From assembly GCF_009914755.1 (NCBI RefSeq), contig NC_060931.1: DNA of 64,000 bases; one strand, given 5' to 3'. This document shows positions 1 to 14,385 of the stretch, in pieces. The DNA comes from the human T2T-CHM13v2.0 reference genome, Homo sapiens. Under the pieces are notes generated by a model, which was not told where the DNA came from, searched no databases, and saw nothing but the letters and a program-made list of their open reading frames with translations. Within the stretch, counting starts at the first letter, position 1. Each line of letters opens with the position of its first letter. The position numbers and the translations under genes were made by a program.

Positions 1-599
1 AGGTGTGATAGAGCCCAGCTACAATTTTCCTTAAAAGAAATAACCATCACAGAAGATGACCTGTTATTTTGTTAAACTAATATTAAAGAACATACGTTTA
101 ATTATCACAAAGCCACTGCTTAGCAGCTCTTTGGTGAAATTTATGCTGTAAAGGTTCACATGTATTTCAGTCTTCTTGTCTGAAAAGTTTGCCTATTCAT
201 CCATTATCCTATCTTCAAGGACCAGAACCAAGGATTCCTCTTCCAAGAAGCTTTTTTTATACCCCCCTCAAATAAACAACGTTCTCCTTTAATATTTGAG
301 AACAATTCTTTGTACCTTTCTTAAGATGCATATTACATTCTGCCTCATAACATAGTTTGTAAGAACTATTGCTTGTAATTAAATGTAATCTCCTCCAAAG
401 ATTGTTTGTACACAGTAGACACTCATATATTTAATTGAATTAGTAGATATCATTGAATCTATTGATTTAATAGCTCATTTATACAATGTACTTTTATAAG
501 CAACTTCTAGAGCATGATACTGTGCCTGACATGATAGAGACTACAAAAAAAAGTAAGTCATAATTCCCAGGTACTGAGAACAGAGTCCAGAGTTAGAAG

Positions 600-1030
600 C
601 AATCATTCATTCATTAAAGAGTTATTGCTAATCATCCACTGTTATCTATATCTTGAACTAAGTACCACAAATACTGAGATGAATAAGTCATGGTCATTGC
701 CTTCCAGGAGTTCATTTAGTTGGTGGGAAAGGCAGAGATGAAAATAAGCCTCTCAACTTGCATGTGAAGAGGCTACAGTAAGGGGCTACACAGGTTGCTG
801 TGAGTGTCAGAAGTAGGTTAGAGTCAGGGGTGAAGAGTGAGAAAGAAGTTTCTATAGAATAAGTTATATTTGAGTTTAATGAAACAGTGTCTAGTGAAGA
901 CAAGGCCACTGCTTATAGAAAGATCTGCATTTAGTGGGGTCAAGATGATGATGCATCTTGGAACAAGTAGTTCTGTGCATCCAGAATATGGTGTCCATGA
1001 AAGAACTTGGATTGCAGTGATGTTGGAATA
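600..1030 (-). mobile_element. L2 LINE fragment
   Basis: TCATTCATTCATT antisense L2 tail followed by degenerate L2 3' sequence; boundaries approximate. Confidence 0.55.
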
Positions 1031-2099
1031 GGAGATGAGAGGTGGATCACAGATGCCCTCTCACCTTTCACTCCCCCTCCTCAAGATGAAGCAAAGCAAA
1101 TGTTGAGAAGGCAAGAGGAGAAATGTTGGATAAAGAGGGAAATCATGGAGGAAAAAAAAATCTCTTTAAAGTTGGAAAGGGACTGAAACAGGGCTAGCAG
1201 TAGATGAATCAGTTTATCCAACTTTATCAGCCTTGAAGTCATTTCAAGTTTCCAGGAAGCAGTATATATAGTCTTTGAATTAATAGTCTTTTCCTTATTT
1301 TCACCAGTAAAAGATGAATACTCCAACTCCAGGAAGACTGATTTTGGGTTCCAGCTTGGGCACAACTGCCTTGTCTTTATATCCAGCCTGCTCCTAAATG
1401 GCAGGAGTGAGCACCCTTCACATATTTTGTGGTGGGAGGAAGCCACCCACGGAACAAGTCATCACAGACTGCTTGTTCCTCCTAGCAGAGTGTTGACAGA
1501 ACACTCTATTCCCCAGGATATGCCTCTACTTCACTGAATCATTTGGAAATCTTTACAAGTGTTTGTGGGACTTTAATACTTGGATAGGGAGGGAGAGCAG
1601 AAGGACATTCCTGGCTTGATTTTGTTGCTTCAGTTTTTGAGTGATCTTCCAAACCTTTGAGTAATAGGAGTATTTTATTATTATTATTTTTATTATTTTG
1701 ATGACTACAACTTTAAAATGTCTTATAATGTGAACTCCGTTGGACAAACATTAAACAGTCTATGTGGAGGCTAGAAAAAGAATAATAAACTTATGGAATT
1801 ATCTCATTTTGTCTAATTCTCTCATATTATGCAAAAAGAAATTACATTCCAAAAGAACTTGAAACTGCATGCCCAATGTCATACAGCCAATTGATAACTA
1901 TTTACTGATTAATTAAAAATAAATTACTTTTTTGTTTCCTTGGCAATGGATTAAGATTTTTCATCTGTTTGTTAGCTGTTGGGAGGCACATAAGAGAAGG
2001 TAAAAGAAGGTATTTACTCCAATAATTTTTGTAAAAATGACAAAATAAGCAGGCATCAAGTGATAACTCAGAAAATTTTGCTTCAAAACAGAGAAATAT

Positions 2100-2172
2100 T
2101 GTGTGTGTGTGTGTGTGTGCGTGCGCATATAACTGTGTGTCTATGTCTGTGCATGCATGTGTCTGTGTGTGT
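2100..2172. repeat. (TG)n microsatellite with degenerate extension
   Basis: Direct observation. Confidence 0.9.
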
Positions 2173-2354
2173 ATAATCTCCTAATTTTTCTAATTCAGAT
2201 CTACAATGCTATATTTTCTGATGCTGTGTCCCTAATTCTGGTTAGTGTGCACTTTCTGATGAGTTGTCTAACTGCTAAATATCAAACAGTCCTTAACTAT
2301 TTCATAACCAGATTGGCTTTGGTATTCCTCAATTCCTTGTTGGTATTCATTTAA

Positions 2355-4250
2355 ATAGTCATTCATTCAACAAATACACATTGAGTACATTTTCCATGCA
2401 ATTATGATATAAACGCTAAGATCTCTGTCCTGAAGAAAATCTCACGATGGTTAAACATAAGTGGAACACAGTGTAACAGACTTATAAAACAATGTGAAAA
2501 TACCTTAATAGTGATTTACACTGAACTATGGGATTACAAAGGGGCCTTTAAAGCCACACTCATATAGGGAGGCATGTAGACAGAAAAGATAAAGGGGTTA
2601 GGATTGAGGTATAGATCACTCAAAATTTAGAGATTGGAAAGAAGAAAATCAGCAAAAAAGCTTGAGGAAAAAAGCTTTGAGGTAGGAGAAAATCTTAGAG
2701 AGGCTTATATTTAAAACCAAGTTAAATGATTATTTTCATTAAGATGATGTGGTGAACGACATCAAATGCTGCCAAAAATTCTGAAATGATAAGAAGTGAA
2801 AGTTGACCACCAGCATACTGACTCAAGTGGGTTATAAAGAGAAGGGAAGGTGTGGACAGTACTGCAGATGAAAGCATTTTGCTGTGATATGTGTGAAACT
2901 GCGAGTTCTGGCTGATATTAGGTTGATAGCATTGGAGATGGTTGGTCTGAGATATATTTTAATGGCTCCCGTATTAGTGAGTTCTCACACTGCTATGAAG
3001 AAATACTCGAGACTGGGTAATTTATAAAGGAAAGAGGTTTAATTGACTCACAGTTCCACAGGGCTGGGGAGGCCTCAGGAAACTTACAGTCATGGTGGAA
3101 TGGGAAGGAAACACGTCCTTCTTCCCATGGTGGCAGCAAGGAGAAGTGCAGAGCAAAGTGGGGGAAAGCCCCCTAAAAAGCCAACAGATCTCATGAGAAC
3201 TCACTCACTATCACAAGAACAGCATGGAGGTAACTGCCTCCATGATCCAATAACCTCCTACCGGGTCCTTCCCTCGATATGGGGACTATAGGAACTACAA
3301 TTGAAGATGAGATTGAGGTGAGGACACAGCCAAACCATAGCAGCTCCTTCTTTTTTTTAGTGCTTTAATGTGGGAATGAAAGGAATAGAGGAATCAGAGA
3401 AGACTCATAAGTCCTTGGCATAAGCAACTGCCTGAATAGTGGCCCTGTTTACTGAGATGAAGCACACTAGAATAAAAGCAGGTATATGGGAGGGTAAAGA
3501 AGTCCAGGCAAGAATAAAGAATTCAGTGTGGCACAAAATGTGTATAGACATTCAAGTGGAAATGTTAAGTAAGTGGGAATACCCTGGTGTGAAGTAAACT
3601 CACAGGCTGGACCAGATTTGGAAATGAGAATTTGGGAATCATCATTGGTTTCATAAAAAACTAAGGTAGGAGTTGGAGAGGGATTCAAGGTGGTCACATG
3701 AAAGACAAATTTAAGATGGGTCACATTAGAGTGTATTGTAAACTAAAGGGAATAATCCAGTAAGGAGGACAAAAATGGTGCCCAAGCAAAATCTATGAGT
3801 AGAATAGAGGTGATGGGGGATGTTTGAAATTAGGATTTTGGAGAGTGTTCTCTTACAGTGAAGTACAACCATAGGAATCAAGCAGAGGGAAAGATTATGG
3901 AAAGTGAACAGGTCATTGAACTGAGTGGCCTGGTGTTGGCAAGCCATCTACATTGATAATGAAATCTTCCAGAAAGATGACAGAAATACCATACTAAAAT
4001 TTTCAGTAAATGAAGGTGAATGCCCTGGATGTTGATGACTACATAGTCTGATGGCATATGCTTCAAAGGACAGAGGAAACAAGGTCTGGAAGCAGCAACA
4101 AAGATCATAGAGGAAATTTACACTATCTTGAAGACTATAGTACAGATTTTTAAGGAAGAAATGAAAGAGCCATAGCTTGAGGAACCATATCCCAGTTTCA
4201 GTTAGAGAAAGAAGATGAAGGGACATTCAGTGAAGAGGTTAGAATGAAGG
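2355..4250 (-). mobile_element. Degenerate L2 LINE pieces interrupted by the THE1 LTR
   Basis: TCATTCATTCAACAAATA antisense tail at about 2359, purine-rich L2-like body; boundaries approximate. Confidence 0.5.
2970..3342 (-). mobile_element. THE1-type MaLR solo LTR (THE1C/D-like)
   Basis: GAGACTGGGTAATTTATAAAGGAAAGAGGTTTAATTGACTCACAG...GGACACAGCCAAACCATAGCA; perfect 5-bp TSD GCTCC at 2965-2969 and 3343-3347. Confidence 0.92.
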
Positions 4251-5127
4251 GGTATTGGTAGGTGATAGGGCATGAGTTCTAGAGGGCACAAGTGTTGGGA
4301 GAGTCTCCAGGAAGGGTGGAAGATTGGGCCAGATGAAGTGATGTTCACTGCCACAAGAGCATGGCCCAACAGCATGATGTGATTGCTCCTGTGGTCATCC
4401 AGGGGAAGAAGGATGAGTTAGTTCTCTGAGAGTGCCAGCCTCTCAGGACTGGTCTCTTAGTTTGTGTAGGTAATATGAGTGGTACTGAGGTTTGTGGTAA
4501 TCATTTTTTTGAGAATAGGAGGGGTTCTGGAGGCTTCCTTTATAAACTTCCATGAATGGCATCATGGTTGGGAAAGGGGCAGGTTTTAATGGAACACATG
4601 GATCTATGTAGACTTCTCTTCAATGCTGCTCTTGGGGAAGTCACCATATGAAGTAGGGAGGGGAACAAGGCAAGCCTGGACACTATTTGAGATCTTAGGA
4701 AGGCCCGAACTGAGGCTATGACAATGAGGATCCATGGATGAGATGTAGACAGGGTGTTAGAGATCCATTTGGATGCAGAATGCCTCGGGCTGTTCTCCCA
4801 TTATGCAGTTCTCTTCTTGGCCACCGAGTTTAATCAGAAATGGTGGCCAAGGCTGGAGCTACAGGCTCTAATTATAACCTTAAAATTTAGTCTATAATTG
4901 AAGGAATCTCAAGACTCTGATAAGCACCTCTAACTCATCTCAGGGAAATCCATATTCTCATGGTCACAGAAATACTCTATTCTCACTCTCCCAAAAACAT
5001 CTACTTCTCAATCATCCAAACTAAGTAATTTCAAGACAACACAGGCTACCCACAAACTAACAGGGTCAAGTTTATTTTCTGTGAGACAAATGATTGCATT
5101 GATTGGTGATTCTTCTTTACTTGACAG

Positions 5128-5201
5128 TTCCTGACAGGATAAGGACAAGAAGCAACACACAGAAGAGAAGGAAAAAGAAAGAAAACTGACCAATATGAGT
5201 G
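5128..5201 (+). other. ITPRID1: Probable upstream (5' UTR / N-terminal extension) exon of ITPRID1
   Basis: Pyrimidine tract plus acceptor TTCTTCTTTACTTGACAG|5128 (second TGACAG|5138), purine-rich body, donor G|GTGATT at 5201/5202; ATG at 5195 splices in frame to acceptor 8703. Confidence 0.6.
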
Positions 5202-8200
5202 GTGATTGTTTTGGATATATTTTTCATTAAATTTTCCCAAAAACTCCATAAAGTGTTTATTTCATACTCATTATAGATATGAGGAAATAGATTATCAGAA
5301 AAGTTTGAAAATTTCCCCAAGATGTCAGAAAGCAGCAGAGCTGATATTAAAATCCAGAGTTATCTGACCTGAAAGCACTTGCTCTTTTAACCAGACAAGA
5401 ACTAAGAAAGCTGACAAAGCCAACTGAATGCTCCTTTCCCAAGTAACCAAGCAATTACTAATAAAGATTAGTTACCTTGGGTCAAAGGTGCTGGGATCTA
5501 TGGGGAACAGAGATTAAATAAAACACAGTCTGTATTCTCCTAGTATGAACAACCTGTTTGGCAAGAAAACCTGTTTGCATAAAGATACAAAAAGTGAAAT
5601 AACTCAGAGGACAAGAATGTAATCATTGTCACTGCTTTAAGTGTCAAAGCACCAAGTTTTATGATTTCACTGTGGCTCTAAAGCTTCACAGTGAAAAGGA
5701 GCATGTATGGATGAATTTGCTCAAGTTAAGAAAATGTGAAGTAGAATTAATGTAACAGAGCCATTTTTTCTGATTTTGATTATTTTTAACATTTTTAAAC
5801 CTTGATAACATTTTGGTACCTTTTTTTTTCCTTTTTCAAGGCATTTGTTTATTTAGTTTTTACAAAATTGAGTTCTTAGTGCATATACAGTTTTGCATCC
5901 TCTTTTTTTTTTTTTTGGTTAAACGTGATACTATACGCAATTTCCCACATGAGTAGAAGTTTTGTATACACATGAGGATAAATGACAGCATAGTAATCAG
6001 AGTAGAAGGGATTTGAAGAGACAGAAGTTACTGGATTCCCCAGGCATGGAATGACATGATCCAGAATGAGGATTCCTCTTGGGGACAAGTCAAAGAATTA
6101 GCAAGAACTAGGTTCGAAATGGTCCTTGGGGCGGACAGACTAACTAGAGAAGTCTGCAGGCAGTCACATGCCATAACTTGTGCCCTGTCTATCCACTGAG
6201 CAATTCCAGGATACCACCTGATCTGTGTCCCTTTCCGAAGGGCTGCTCTGGGGGTCAAGTAAGTGAATGCCAAAGGAAGGCCATTCAAGCTTTAGAAAAT
6301 CCATTTCCAGAAGCAGATTTGTTTACCAACTGGGAAGGCATCCACTAAAACAGGGGGAACAAAAGAGGTTTTCTTTATGAACTGGTCCCTGACCCTTGCT
6401 TTTAGCAAGGGTTCCCATTTTCTTTGGCAAGCCTTTTTCCTGCTCTGTGGCCAAGTACAACAGAGCTGGCAGACAGAATATCCTCACTGGTTGTGTAAGG
6501 CTGGAGGCTGAGGTCAAGTATGCCATTCATTATAAGATGGAAGTTTGGGGACGTACAAATAAAGCAGCACTTTTACCTAAAATTTTAACAATTTTCTCCA
6601 GGGTTACATTTGAAAAAGCAGTCACTAACTTAAAATTTGGCATTATGATACAGAAGCAGCAATTTGAATACTATCAGCTACCTGATAGCTTCTTGTTTCC
6701 TCCACAGTGCAAACTCTCCCATTCTAAATGAAACTCACTTTCAGCCAAAATCAGTGAAGGAGTGAGATTATTTTGGGGATCTTATTTTTCTGTGATATGT
6801 TATTCTTTTCTTCAAACCTTTTGATCCTTTATTGAATCTGGTATTTCATGAATGTTGTTGAGCATGGTTTTGGAGTTTTTCCTCCTTGTGAAATTTTGCA
6901 CTGTCAGTGTCGATGCTGTTATTAGCATTCATGCTCACAAGATAAAGGCACTGCTGAAGAGTTATGTGTTTCCTTGAAAGACCCAAAACCTATGTGAAGC
7001 TAAATAACTAAAATTTCAGTGAGTTTTTAAAGGTTATTTTGTTTAATGTTATGAATTCTAGTATACCAAACAATTCTCCAAAGGTTAGGAACATAATTCA
7101 GTCTGCATTATTCTGTCTTGTGTTATTACTGAAATTTTTATAATTTGCTACCAGCAGATATTCCTAAAGTTAACTGGCTAAAATATTGACTGTTAATATA
7201 GATATAACTATTTTTTCCCTTAATTTTTAACTAATTGAAATGTCTTCATTTTTGTTTTTTAACATAAAATTGACAGCCATCATAATTATTGATTTTTGTA
7301 GTAATTTAAAATTGCAACAATAAATGTATATATTTATACCTGACAGAATTTGAATATATAAAGCACGTAAGAAAATTGTGCTGCCAGTTGCATCTAGAAC
7401 GCTCACCTATTCTTGAAAGAAAATATTTACATTTGTAATAAATCTGAATGGTTTGCCTTTTGCAAACAGATTAGAAATGATTTACATGTCATGTGATCAG
7501 TGATTATGCATTAAGTTTAGGGATCCTAGAAATGCTACTGAAGTAAGTGTTTGGCTACTTGGCCATTTCTGTAAACTTGAAGGATAAACGAATGCAAATT
7601 AAAGCATATGTCATGGAAGTAATTGCATCAGAAAGTGTGGCTTGAAACCTCACTTTGCTATTTTAGTTTGGTATTTGTTGATTCACCACCTACTATGTGC
7701 CAAAAATCCAGTTAAATTCTAGAGATACATAAATGAGTAAGAGAATGGCCCTTGTTCTCATGGTGCTTATAGTCTGCGGAGACCGAACAATTTCTTTTGC
7801 TGCGCTAAGCTGCTGTGTCCTGCTCTTACTCTGCTAGTTTTACAGGTTGTTCATGAAGGTCAAGTTAAATAATGGGGGCAGCTGATACTTTTTGTGCAAG
7901 GTGTGTAATATATTCATAAATATTTTAATTGTCCCAGCCATCCTATAGGATATATAGCATAGTCATGGGAACATGCTTGAGGTCCAGTGCCTGGTTTTGA
8001 GTCCTGGCTGGCTGTTTGGCTTTGGACATGCAACTTAATCTCTCTGGTCTTCAATTTACCATAAAATTGTGACAATTATATTACTTCCTTCATTGACAAT
8101 TAAGTTAAATAATGAATGTATAGAATTCAGCATAGAATCTAGCACATAATAAGTATTCCACTGAGGTTAACAGTTATTAAAATTCGGTAGAGTGTATCGC

Positions 8201-8701
8201 CAGTTTAGAAATAAGGGAATGCAGAAAGGTTCTACAGTTTATGTGAGGGCACACAACAAGTTGCAGAAATGAGACTGAGCCAAGCCAATCTGTTGCCAAA
8301 GCCCTCATTTTTCTCCAACATTTGGGCCTCAAAAATAATTTTATAGATATAACTGTTAGGTAAATTTGAAGGCTATTTACTGGGTGTGTCCTCAAGTCTA
8401 ATTTCTTTGCTCTCCATCCACATCCCAGACCACCAAAGTGAAAGTGCAGAGTGCGCATGTGGTCTGATGACTGGCATGGCCACTTGAGTCCCAGGCTGCT
8501 TTGCCTTGGAGAGGGAAGGAAGCATTTCACCAAACTGAGACAGGGAGCTTGGCTCAGGTGGGTGAGCCAGGTTCATGTATGACTGTGAAGCTGGATCATT
8601 CATCTGACTGTAGGCATTCTGGCCTTCTTTCTCCCTTTCACTGAGCCAAGCCCAGAAGCTGAACTCATCGTGTCTGATTTGTTTGTGTGTGTGTGTTTTA
8701 A

Positions 8702-8935
<234 letters not shown>

Positions 8936-10175
8936 TGAGGGATGTGGGAGCTTTTGGCCAGGGGCAGGTGATTTTGGAACAAAAGTATTTGGCTTTGAAT
9001 ATACCAGTGTTCCTGGCATGATGCCGGAAACATTTATGAAATGGGCACTTCTGACTTCTGCTATAGACATCAGGACACAGACCTCCTTGAAAGAAGTAGA
9101 CCAATTAATGAATGAACTCTGCTTCCTTTCCACTCCAAACATCCCTCATCCTAAGTTCCCAGGACTTTGAAGCTGTGTGGGGTCTGGGCATGAGGCTTCT
9201 TTCAGGTCATCAAACATTTTATTGAAAAACTCTGATTTGTTGGATCCTGCAGGAGGCATTGACAAAAATTTTAATCATTTAAAGAGTAATAAGTAAGAAA
9301 ATACTTCCAGCACTCCCTGCCCCCATTATGTAACTGTTGAATGGTTTTTCTTCTTTGCCCATTGCCCAATTCCTTCTAACTTCACAGCAGTTCAACTGAA
9401 GAACAATACAGACCTCCTGTGTCCACCTGGCTTTTATGGTTCACCTGACACCTTGTGAGGGAGATAATTCAGGCACTTCACTATTTGATAGGATAAAGTC
9501 AAACAAAATTAGCCTAGAGTACACAGTTGCTAAGCAGAATGGAAACAAATATTTAACAGGAAATGCTGCTTTACATCCTCTCCTTTTTACCTGTTGACTA
9601 TTTGTTGAGCCAATGATAAAGATCCACCTTAAAAGACTGGTGCCTTTTTAACACAGGGTGCCTTTGGCAATCCAGGGACTCTAGTGCAATTTGTCCCTGG
9701 AATGAATGCAAATTTGGTTTCTAACCTGGCAGAGAACTCCTTGCAAATAACCATCACTGGCTGGCTGCCTTAGGTAAATGTGATTCAATAAGGAGAGGCT
9801 TTGTGGTGATTTATATCCAACAAGAGAAAGACAAAAGTCTCTTATGCTTTCTCACCCTTTGTATTCACACCAGGTAATTTAAAAATTATTCTAACATCTC
9901 TCGTTCTTCAGTGGTTTATTTTTCTTCTCTCTCACATTTTCTTTCTTTTTTTTTAAGTTACAGTCTTTTGACAAGTTTACACTTCATTCTCAGGAAAGGC
10001 TGATCATGGAAAACAGGAGATTTTGCCTTCAGGAAAAAAAATGAATATGCTTATGGAAGGAAACATGTGACTAAATATGTGGGAAATAGTGACTGAGTGG
10101 CGGCTGAGTAAACAGGGTAGCATCCTTTTAGCTGGTTGTGCTTTGACTAACTGATCTGTTCTTTCTTACTTGTAG

Positions 10176-10224
10176 AAGATTCCAAGCAAGAAAGTATTCA
10201 GCAGTGGCTGGACTCTGGATTCTT
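10176..10224 (+). CDS. ITPRID1: ITPRID1 coding exon 2 (EDSKQESIQQWLDSGF; 49 nt)
   Basis: TTCTTTCTTACTTGTAG acceptor, GTAAGT donor, phase 1 to 2. Confidence 0.92.
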
Positions 10225-10558
10225 GTAAGTGTTTTTGTGTGTGTGTGCCTTATATGTTTCTCTTGCAAAGATCCATGAAAACAATGTGTGTAACTCTGCC
10301 TGGGCAAGGTCGGGGAAGTGTAGGGATTTTCATTTTAATTGTACGTGAAGTATTATTCTATTATTGTAAAAACTATGTATCAGTTTAAAACTACAAAATA
10401 AAATACTACTCTAGTCCCTGACTGTTTATTGGTTTCTAAAAGTCCTCTCTTACTAAAACCTAACTCTGCATTTGCTCTCACCTGTTTAATTAAAAAGTAA
10501 TTTAGTATAATTTATTTACACACATTGTTTGACTCACAATACTTTTGTTTCTTTACAG

Positions 10559-10602
10559 TGTCTCTGCAAATGAAAACTTTCAACAAGTCATTGATCGCAC
10601 TG
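10559..10602 (+). CDS. ITPRID1: ITPRID1 coding exon 3 (FVSANENFQQVIDRT; 44 nt)
   Basis: TTTTGTTTCTTTACAG acceptor, GTAAGA donor, phase 2 to 1. Confidence 0.92.
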
Positions 10603-11177
10603 GTAAGACAAGAGAAGCAGTTATGCTTTGGGAAGCTGAGTAGGAGATATATTCAAATATCTACGTGAATAAATCTTCTTAAAATGAGCATTATCAGAGG
10701 CTTCTAGAAATGATCAGCCCTCAAAAACTATCCAGCTCAATCTCTTCATTTGACATATGACTGCGACAAAAATGATAGGTGCTTCCCCAGCAGCAGGTTA
10801 AGGGCCGAACCCAGGGCTCTTGCCATATCATCAATGGCTCAGAGTATAGCATAAACTCACTGGGTTCTATGAAGACATTTGCAAGGATGTAGTTATGAAA
10901 ATGAAATTGTTTAATTTTCCCCATCCTGTATTATACTTTTATTTCTGAATCTAGATTTTTTCTATTCTTTGGTCTCAAAATTGCACTTACATTCTCTCTT
11001 TCTAATAATGCACTTGTTCTCAAGAAGAATAAATGTCTGAATTCTAAAGCAAACAGTACAAGTATTTCTGAAGGAGAAAATGTATCACACTTGTTTCACT
11101 GAGATTTGATAAAAGCAGTATAAAAAGAAAAAGAAATTTAATTACAGGACTCACAGTTTCCATCTTCATTAAATGCA

Positions 11178-11358
11178 ATATCATATTTTATAGAATCTAA
11201 GACCCTTCAATTATAAAATGCATTCATATTTTAAGTACCATTTAGAAAAACAAAACCTGGCAATTACAAACAGAAGGCAATATTGACTGTAATACGTATC
11301 TTGATTTCACAGGTGTTAAAATGTGAAAAAGTATGTTTCAAAATGGATGAAATATTGT
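11178..11358. mobile_element. MER104-like (TcMar-Tc2) non-autonomous DNA transposon
   Basis: Degenerate terminal inverted repeats (ATATTTTATAGAATCTAAGAC...GTTTCAAAATGGATGAAATAT) and internal GATTTCACAGGTGTTAAAATGTGAAAAA. Confidence 0.6.
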
Positions 11359-12019
11359 GAAGAATTTGTGTGAAAAAATGACATAAATTAGGAACTTAAT
11401 GGTTAGATGAAAAAATTATTAGTCTAATAGTCACTTACTTTGCTGGTTTTAATTATTTCACTTCCTCTACTGCCATCTTACATTAAGACTGACCGTTGGC
11501 TACAAATCAGTTTAAATTTTGAATTTTTTTACTACTTTTAAAAGAAAACCTATATGTATCATTGAAATTTCCCTTTTCACCAACCTTCTTTATTTTTTCT
11601 AATATAAAAGTTCCATGATGCCAAATACTGTAAAGATTTTTGCCAATAAATCAAATGTAAGTACCTCTCTGCTCATAATAGTTCAGACTCAAGGAAAAGC
11701 AAAAACTTCAGAAAAATAGCCAGCATTTCATATCCCCCTAATGTTTTCTCTTGCCCCGGTTGTGGTGAGAGGCCTGGCACTGGTTCTGGAGTCATCAGTA
11801 ACCATACTAAAAGCTTCACTTCCCAGAAATTAAAGACAAATCACAGCTCTTCCTCTTCTGAACCAAGTCAATGAACTGGAAAGGCACAGACATGAAGTAA
11901 AGACCTGGAGGAAAATTGGGATAGTGATATGGCTCCGAGATCAGAAACACAGTCTTGATTTGCCAGGTCCTTTATCTTCAGCAAGATTTTTAATAAAAAT
12001 GGAATAGCTTCTTACACGT

Positions 12020-12215
12020 TTAACTGAGCCTTCGCTTGTACAAGGCCCTTTCTCATCGATCATATTTTAAACTCCATGGCCTGTGTGGTAGCATGGTTTG
12101 TTTCGTCTGTTTGTTGCAGATGAGGAATCTGGGGCACAGAGTGGTCAAGTGCCATGATTGTTGGTCACAGCTGGTTAGAGGCAGGTGGAGGAATGGAGGC
12201 CTGGCCTTCTATTAA
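12020..12215 (-). mobile_element. MIR SINE
   Basis: TTGCAGATGAGGAATCTGGGGCACAGAG core. Confidence 0.65.
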
Positions 12216-12467
12216 TATCAGCCCCACTGCATGCTGGCTTCAGCCATGATGAGAGAGCTGCACTGAGCTTGGGGGAGCTGAGAGACACATTGAGAATGGT
12301 GGATGCTAGAACAGTACCAGAAACTGGGGACCTGGAGGTCATGGCAAGGGTGACAGGGAGAAAAACTGTGGAGATGAAAAGGACCCAAAGAGGAGGAAGA
12401 AAAGAAGTCACTTTTGGAGGGAAAATCCTGTCAAAACTCATAAAATACTGATAAAATGTAGAGTGAC

Positions 12468-12925
12468 GCATGAATTTCCTAGGGCAGCAGTAACAAATTA
12501 TCACAAACTTGGTGGTTTTAAGCACCAAGTTCTGTTGTTTTAACAACAGAAATGTATTCTCTCACAGTTATGGAGTCTGGAAGCCCAAAATCAAGGTGTC
12601 ACCAAGACTGATCTCCCTCTGAAGGTTCTAGGGAAGAATCCCTCCTGGTTTCTTTCTAGTTTCTGGTGGCTTTGGCAATCCTCAGTGTTCGTTGGCTTGC
12701 AGCTACATAACTCCTTTCTATGACTTCATCTCTACATGGCCTCTTCTCCTTGTGAGTCTTTTCCTCTTATAAAGACACCAGTCATTGGATTAAGGATCCT
12801 ATGTAATCCAGTATGATCTCATCTTAACTAATTAACAATCCACAAAGACCCTATTTCCAAATAACAGCACATTCTGAGATTCCAGGTGGACATGAAATTC
12901 CAGGGGACTCTAGTCAACTAACTAG
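12468..12925 (-). mobile_element. MLT1 (B/C-like) MaLR LTR
   Basis: GTAACAAATTATCACAAACTTGGTGG...AACAACAGAAATGTATTCTCTCACAG...AAATCAAGGTGTC...CCCTATTTCCAAATAA. Confidence 0.85.
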
Positions 12926-13601
12926 AATTCATTCTAAGGCTGGTTTCCTTATTAATCACTTCTGAGGCTTTGTACACTAAGGTAGCAGCAAGATCTAAGT
13001 GTCTTCATCTTACAGGTGACCCAGTGCTTCCCACAGAAAGCATTCTAGTGAGTCTTCAGCCTTTGGACTGGGCCCAAATAACATAGATAGTTGGGATAAG
13101 GCTTCAGTGGTCCTGTTCCTGGTTTCCTGTTGGGTTCTATGATGGCCAACATGAGGCTTGGCCTTTTATGATGACTCTCTGGCTGTCATGGTCATCTGCA
13201 GCTACCTAAAATCTCAAATCTCATTTTTATTAAGCGGGAATCTGGTTGGCCCATTTTGTACCTTGTTTACCACAATTAAGCCAGGTAAAGCCCTTGGCAC
13301 TTCAGCCTCTTCATCAGTAGAACTTGGAGGGGAAGAAAATTAATGCATACTGAGGATGCACATGCTAGATACTATACATACATTATCTTGCTTACCAGAC
13401 CACCTTTGAGGTAAATATTACGTGGAGGAAAATGAGGCTCAGAAAGGTAAAGTAACTTGACAAAAGCCACCCAGTTAGTAGGTATTGGAGTTGAGATTTT
13501 CAGCTTAGATCTGTCTGTCTGTATAGCCATGCTCTCCCTCTGGAAGACTAATAACATTTACTACACGTGTTATGCGTGGAAACCCCTGGAAGGAAAGCTC
13601 T

Positions 13602-14015
13602 GTGCTGTGGTTTCAATGTTCCCTCCAAAACTCATGTTGAAACTTAATCACCATAGTGACAGCATTGAAAAGTGGGACTTTTGATAGGTAATTAGGTCTT
13701 GAGGACTCTGCCTTTATGAATGGTTTAATGCCCTTATCCTGGAGTGAGTTATTTATCATGGGATTGGGTTAATTATCACGGGAGTGGGCTCCTGATAAAA
13801 GGATGGGTTTGGTCCCCATTTTCTCTCTCTCTTGTGTGCTTGCTTATCCTCTGCCTTCCACCATGGAATGACACAGCAAGAAGGCCCTCACCAGATGCAG
13901 CCACTTGATCTTGGACTTCCCAGCCTCCACAGTTGTGAGCCAAATAAACTTCTTTTCTTTATAAATTACTCAGTCTGCGGTATTGTGTTATAGCAGCAGA
14001 AAATAGGCTAAGATA
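13602..14015 (+). mobile_element. MST (MSTB-like) MaLR LTR
   Basis: TGCTGTGGTTT..CCCTCCAAAACTCATGTTGAAACTTAATC...GGACTTCCCAGCCTCC...AATAAAC...GCTAAGATA. Confidence 0.88.
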
Positions 14016-14214
14016 CCCCATCCACATCCCTGTTAGACAAGTCAAAGCATGGGCAATGTGGGTAAGTCACTGGCACTTCTCCCTCCAGGCCTTCTGACTC
14101 TTATGCATCAGCCCTTTGGGACCACAACACAGTCCTCTGGAGTTCAATTCTTTTGATGTGGTGCAATACTAACTTTTTTTTTATGTCAGTAAAGTGTCTA
14201 TATTCATAGCTTTA

Positions 14215-14385
14215 AAAAGATACATAAAGTTGGTCAAAGGGTATAAACTTGCAGTTATAAGATGACTAGGTTCTAGAGACCTTAGGTACAGCATGGTGAC
14301 TATATTAGTAATAATGTAGTTTGTACTTAAAATTGTCTGAAAGAGTAGATCTTGAGTATATTCTCACCTCAGAAAGAGGTATTTT
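14215..14385 (+). mobile_element. L1MA-type 3' UTR fragment
   Basis: GGTCAAAGGGTATAAACTTGCAGTTATAAGATGA...TACAGCATGGTGACTATA. Confidence 0.75.

Noticed and set aside
8400-8600. Possible alternative promoter or first exon (TGCGCATG motif, GTGGGTGAG donor-like site)
   Set aside because: No CpG island or TATA/Inr support; cannot be called from sequence alone
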